Shown one piece after another: positions 60,373-64,000 of a stretch of 64,000 bases of DNA. Location: positions 689,677 through 753,676 of the forward strand of contig CAWJVG010000005.1 in assembly GCA_963846195.1 (NCBI GenBank), in the 5' to 3' direction. The translations under genes were made by a program, and so were the position numbers. The stretch's first letter is position 1. Each line of letters begins with the position of its first letter. The notes below the pieces were generated by a model. It searched no databases. It was given only the letters and a program-made list of their open reading frames with translations, and was not told where the DNA came from. The stretch is from an uncultured Verrucomicrobiae bacterium (lineage in GTDB: Bacteria > Verrucomicrobiota > Verrucomicrobiia > Chthoniobacterales > JAFAMB01).

Positions 60373-61079
60373 CCAAAACACTCTTTAGCGAAGTCCAGCG
60401 CCTCTTCGAACGAACCTACGCTACGGTCGGTATTAATCTTGAGGAATGCTTGATCGATCGGACCCGGTGTTCCCAGTTGACCAAGCTGGCGGGAGCGTCC
60501 GCCCGTGAGTTGAGCGAATTGGCCAGAACATTTCTGCGGACATCGGACGACCGGCTCTATGTTGGAATTTATTATTCCAACTGGCTAATCGAACAACTGG
60601 AACGGCACGACCCGCGCGGTGGACTATCCAACAGTAATATCCGGTCGCTGATTATGTTCGTGGAAGAAATTAACCATGCGCTGCATGCCGGGCTGCAATT
60701 TAAGGCCGGCCTGCGACGGATCGATAGCGAGGATTTCGCGCGGAACCTGGAGTTGCAGGGCATGGTCGACACCTATCTGGTGCTGCTACTTTTTGTCGCG
60801 TTCTTCCGGAAAACTCAACGAATCTCACGCACTGATCGGCGCTGGCTCCGATTTCATTTGTTTGAATCCCGGGCCCAGGATGCTTTTCAGGACGAAAACC
60901 TCCGGGCACGTTATCTTGAAACCGGCGAGTTAGCCTCCTCTTATACCCACTATCTGGATACACTGAACGGTGCAAGACGTCTGGACGAGATACGAAACTT
61001 CCACGCGCTCCCTTACGATGCCAAAAGACGGCACATTCTTGCCCTGATGAACCGGCCCAGACCCTCCGAGCCGGAGTAA
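60369..61079 (+). CDS. hypothetical protein (no recognisable domain)
   Basis: 236 aa, translationally coupled to the upstream ORF. It contains EEINHALH, and the rest is helical-looking. Confidence 0.6.
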   Translation: MTKTLFSEVQRLFERTYATVGINLEECLIDRTRCSQLTKLAGASARELSELARTFLRTSDDRLYVGIYYSNWLIEQLERHDPRGGLSNSNIRSLIMFVEEINHALHAGLQFKAGLRRIDSEDFARNLELQGMVDTYLVLLLFVAFFRKTQRISRTDRRWLRFHLFESRAQDAFQDENLRARYLETGELASSYTHYLDTLNGARRLDEIRNFHALPYDAKRRHILALMNRPRPSEPE

Positions 61080-61235
61080 TCAAAGCGATCCTCTTCGTTT
61101 CCTGTGTGCTGCAGATGAAGTGGCGCGGAACGTTTTGTTTTACCTGCTGAAGCGATGCTTCAAGGCGCGCAGCCCCGCGATTTTTCCGATGCAGTTTGAC
61201 GTGTCCCCCTTTTTTCATTTACAAGGCGATGCGTC

Positions 61236-62156
61236 ATGAAGATCTGGATCAACCGCGCGGGTCAAAATCTTGGAACGTTCACTTTAGAAGAAGTTCAGCG
61301 GGGTTTGAACCAGGGCCAATATGTCCCGACGGACTTGGGGTGGCAAGAAGGCATGGCGAGTTGGAAACCGCTCGCGGAATTCGCCGGCTTGCAGATGCCC
61401 ACGCAGCAGGGGCAAGCCGCACCGCTCATTCCTGCCTCTCCTTCATCGCCCGATGTTCCGCCCCTGTTGGCCGAGGCTTCGCTGGCGACCGTCGAGGGGG
61501 TCGAGGATGGTCCGGCCTGGGAACGGCGAAAGGAGTTCGGCTTGGTGAAAGCGCTGACCCAAACCTGGAAGGAAGTGCTCTTTAACCCAAACGCCAGCTT
61601 TCCTCGGATGAAGACGAGTGGCGGGTATGCGGCGCCCTTCCTGTACAATCTGACCATGGTCGTGATCTATGCTTTCTTCACGACGATTTACCAGTTGCTT
61701 ATATCCGGGGTGGTTGCTGCGGCGGGAGCGGCGCATAACGGTTCGAGTTCCGTGAACAGTCTCAGCGTGGGGCTGCCCCCTTTATTGAATGTCGGAGCGA
61801 TGGTGGTGTTGATCCCACTGCTTGTCGGTTTCACCTTCGTGAACGCCGGAATCACGCACCTTTGCCTCGCGCTCTTCAAAGGAACGTCCAAGAGCTACGA
61901 AGCCACTTACCGGGTGATCTGCTATTCCTACAGCAGCTGGATTTTCGCACTCGTGCCTTGCGCCGGAGGTATTGTCGCGAGCGTGTGGGGTGTGGTGTCG
62001 ACTATCATCGGTCTATCGAAGGTGCACAGGACCGAAGGCTGGCGAGCCGCCGTGGCGGTCCTGCTTCCCGTATTCGTCTGTATGGGGATTTTTATCGTCC
62101 TCTACATTGCGATCATCGCCGCCGTCGTCGCCTCGGTTCATCATGCGAATACTTAG
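61236..62156 (+). CDS. GYF_2 (DUF4339) domain + Yip1-like multi-TM membrane protein
   Basis: 306 aa. The N-terminal WINRAGQNLGTFTLEEVQRGLNQGQYVPTDLGWQEGMASWKPL is GYF_2-like. A Pro-rich linker follows, then about 5 TM segments. Confidence 0.65.
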   Translation: MKIWINRAGQNLGTFTLEEVQRGLNQGQYVPTDLGWQEGMASWKPLAEFAGLQMPTQQGQAAPLIPASPSSPDVPPLLAEASLATVEGVEDGPAWERRKEFGLVKALTQTWKEVLFNPNASFPRMKTSGGYAAPFLYNLTMVVIYAFFTTIYQLLISGVVAAAGAAHNGSSSVNSLSVGLPPLLNVGAMVVLIPLLVGFTFVNAGITHLCLALFKGTSKSYEATYRVICYSYSSWIFALVPCAGGIVASVWGVVSTIIGLSKVHRTEGWRAAVAVLLPVFVCMGIFIVLYIAIIAAVVASVHHANT

Positions 62157-62577
62157 CCGAAAATTCGGACTTATTCTCCGTCCGTTGGCGCCAAAAGAGA
62201 CCGACTTCGAATTCCTTTTTCTGACGGTCTCCTCTGGGCTAGTAGTGAGTTGTTTTCTGTGGCTGAACCTTGGAATGCCTTGGCCTGAATGCTGGGTTCG
62301 TCGGTTAACGGGACTGCCCTGCCCGACTTGCGGCGCAACCCGTTGCGCCCTGTCCCTAGCGCACTGGGACCTGACTGGGGCTTGGCGGCACAACCCTCTG
62401 ATTTTGGTTTGTTACGGGGGAACCCTGCTCGTCAATCTGTATGCTGCCGGCGTCCTGCTTTTCCGGCTTCCACGGCTGCGACTAGCGAACCTGCCCTCCA
62501 AGGTCAAACGTCCCTTGGGAGCGTTGCTCATGATCGCTCTGGCGGGGAACTGGCTTTATCTCCTCACCCACCGCTGA
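62143..62577 (+). CDS. DUF2752 domain-containing membrane protein
   Basis: 144 aa from ATG 62143, inside ORF 61972..62577. GLPCPTCGATRC is followed by hydrophobic segments. It overlaps the upstream gene by 14 nt. Confidence 0.7.
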   Translation: MRILSRKFGLILRPLAPKETDFEFLFLTVSSGLVVSCFLWLNLGMPWPECWVRRLTGLPCPTCGATRCALSLAHWDLTGAWRHNPLILVCYGGTLLVNLYAAGVLLFRLPRLRLANLPSKVKRPLGALLMIALAGNWLYLLTHR

Positions 62578-63360
62578 CGTTCTCAGCCCAGACACTGGAA
62601 AAGTCGGACTGACACTGTTTTGTTCAGCGCAAAATAAATCGATTCCCCGGATCCCAAAACGCAGCATTGACCCCAGCGCAAGATCCGTGCGATTGCAATC
62701 GCGGCTCAAATGCCCGAGGACCACGCGGCGAAGTCGGTGTCCCGCGATCGAAGCCACCAATTGTGCAGCGGCATCGTTTGAGAGGTGTCCGTGCCTGGAT
62801 AATATCCGCTGTTTCACCGACCAAGGCCGTCTGCTGTCTTCCTGCAGCATCCTTTCGTCGTGGTTGGTTTCGACAACCAGGGTATCCACTTGCCGGATGC
62901 GCTCCAGCGCAAGCTTCGGCGCGTAGCCGAGGTCAGTCAAAAACCCGATCGAGCCATCGTCCGAGGTGAACACGAACGCTGTAGGATCGACCGCGTCGTG
63001 GGGCACATAAAAACTTTGTATCTCAATATCCTTCACTGAAAACACGGCACCGGTGGCAAACAGGTTCCAGTTTGGAAAACCGGCAAGCGATCCCCGGCGC
63101 AACGTTTCTGCAGTAAGCGGATTGGCGTAGATCGGAACGCAGAAGCGGCGACTGAAAATTTCCAGGCCCGCGACGTGATCGCTGTGTTCGTGCGTAATGA
63201 GGATTCCGTCCAAACGCTCCGGACGCACTCCGAGCAATTCGAGTCGCCGTGTGATCTGCCGGGCGCTGAACCCGGCGTCAACGAGAAGCTGGCACTGGCT
63301 CGTGGCAATCAACGAACAATTGCCTGCACTCCCGCTCCCGAGGACCGTCACACTGAACAC
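62482..63360 (-). CDS. MBL-fold metallo-hydrolase (YycJ-like)
   Basis: The ORF extends to 63621. The conserved start region VTVLGSGSAGN suggests GTG 63360. The HEHSDH motif is present. A ~35-aa C-terminal tail overlaps the convergent DUF2752 gene. Confidence 0.8.
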   Translation of the reverse strand: MFSVTVLGSGSAGNCSLIATSQCQLLVDAGFSARQITRRLELLGVRPERLDGILITHEHSDHVAGLEIFSRRFCVPIYANPLTAETLRRGSLAGFPNWNLFATGAVFSVKDIEIQSFYVPHDAVDPTAFVFTSDDGSIGFLTDLGYAPKLALERIRQVDTLVVETNHDERMLQEDSRRPWSVKQRILSRHGHLSNDAAAQLVASIAGHRLRRVVLGHLSRDCNRTDLALGSMLRFGIRGIDLFCAEQNSVSPTFPVSGLRTSAVGEEIKPVPRQSDHEQRSQGTFDLGGQVR

Positions 63361-63629
63361 TGACCTAATAGAGCGTACTCTCGGATGGATGCCAATCAGA
63401 TAACGCAGGCACAGCGAATCGAACGTGGCAGACCAACCGGCAAAAACTTGCATCCGTTGATCCGCGGCAACCTGCTCCCTGAAAAAAACTCTTGCCTTCC
63501 GGGCGGTTCGTCTGGAGGGTCGCAGTGCTTGAGAAGGCGCCCTATGGCGATCGATTTCAATCCTAGTATTTAAAGGAATCTGGACACTGACCCCGCTCGT
63601 ATCTATTCGCTCACAGAACACCCCCCGGT

Positions 63630-64000
63630 ATGAACCGCTATATTACATTTCTTCTCATGGGCGCGCCCGGCAGCGGCAAAGGGACTCAGGGCAAAGTCCT
63701 TGGAACCGTGCCTCGATTTTTCCATTGCGCGTGTGGCGAAGTCTTTCGCTCGCTCGACTTACGAACGCCGTTAGGACAAAAGTTTGTCGACTATTCCAGT
63801 AAAGGATTGCTAGTGCCGGACGACCTAACGGTTGAGCTCTGGCGAACAAAGATCGAAGCGCAGGTCCTTGAAGGAGAGTTCAAGCCCGATATTGACGCTC
63901 TGGTGCTGGATGGTATTCCCAGAAACGTCAATCAGGCGAAATTGATGGAGAGACTAATCGACGTAAAGCAGGTGTTCCATCTCTCTTGTCCGAAGCGGGA
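63630..64000 (+). CDS. adk: adenylate kinase family protein (3' end outside window)
   Basis: ATG 63630 opens MNRYITFLLMGAPGSGKGTQGKVLG...LVLDGIPRN. The P-loop and the NMP-kinase pattern are present. The ORF is still open at the window end. Confidence 0.8.
   Translation, partial: MNRYITFLLMGAPGSGKGTQGKVLGTVPRFFHCACGEVFRSLDLRTPLGQKFVDYSSKGLLVPDDLTVELWRTKIEAQVLEGEFKPDIDALVLDGIPRNVNQAKLMERLIDVKQVFHLSCPKR

Overview
This is a 64-kb, gene-dense chromosomal segment of roughly mid-50s % GC by eye, with about 66 protein-coding genes. I found no rRNA, tRNA, CRISPR array, transposase or integrase.

Most of the content is housekeeping:
- dksA-like, rpmG, rpsR and rpsA
- hisD
- a complete F1Fo ATP synthase operon atpBEFHAGDC on the minus strand (8450-14913)
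- Hsp20 and Lon
- an EF-P family protein, KdsD and Nfo
- adenylate kinase, cut off at the window end

The remainder is envelope, transport and accessory genes:
- GT4 and GT2 glycosyltransferases
- an LptF/G-type permease and an AsmA-like protein
- a fused FtsX permease with an AttH/CrtC-like lipocalin
- the binding protein and two permeases of a sugar ABC transporter
- MFS, AI-2E, TVP38 and CPBP membrane proteins
- a DUF1800/DUF1501 pair
- CHAD, SWIB and rhodanese proteins, and several methyltransferases

The repertoire (DUF1800/DUF1501 with a Tat signal, a futalosine-type MqnA/D-like gene, SWIB) suggests a diderm of the PVC group (Verrucomicrobiota/Planctomycetota-like). That is inference only.

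The most notable observations are:
1. Five single-nucleotide frame breaks fall in four conserved genes: mtgA, lptF/G-like, ggt (twice) and a tandem rhodanese.
2. An uncharacterised plus-strand cluster spans 59686-62577. It holds a translationally coupled pair of unknown proteins, then a GYF/Yip1-like membrane protein and a DUF2752 protein.
3. The EF-P family and DksA family members here are atypical.
4. A short GTAGCAC motif recurs in intergenic DNA.

I did not find a clear-cut new defence, mobile or biosynthetic system, so the candidates carry modest scores.
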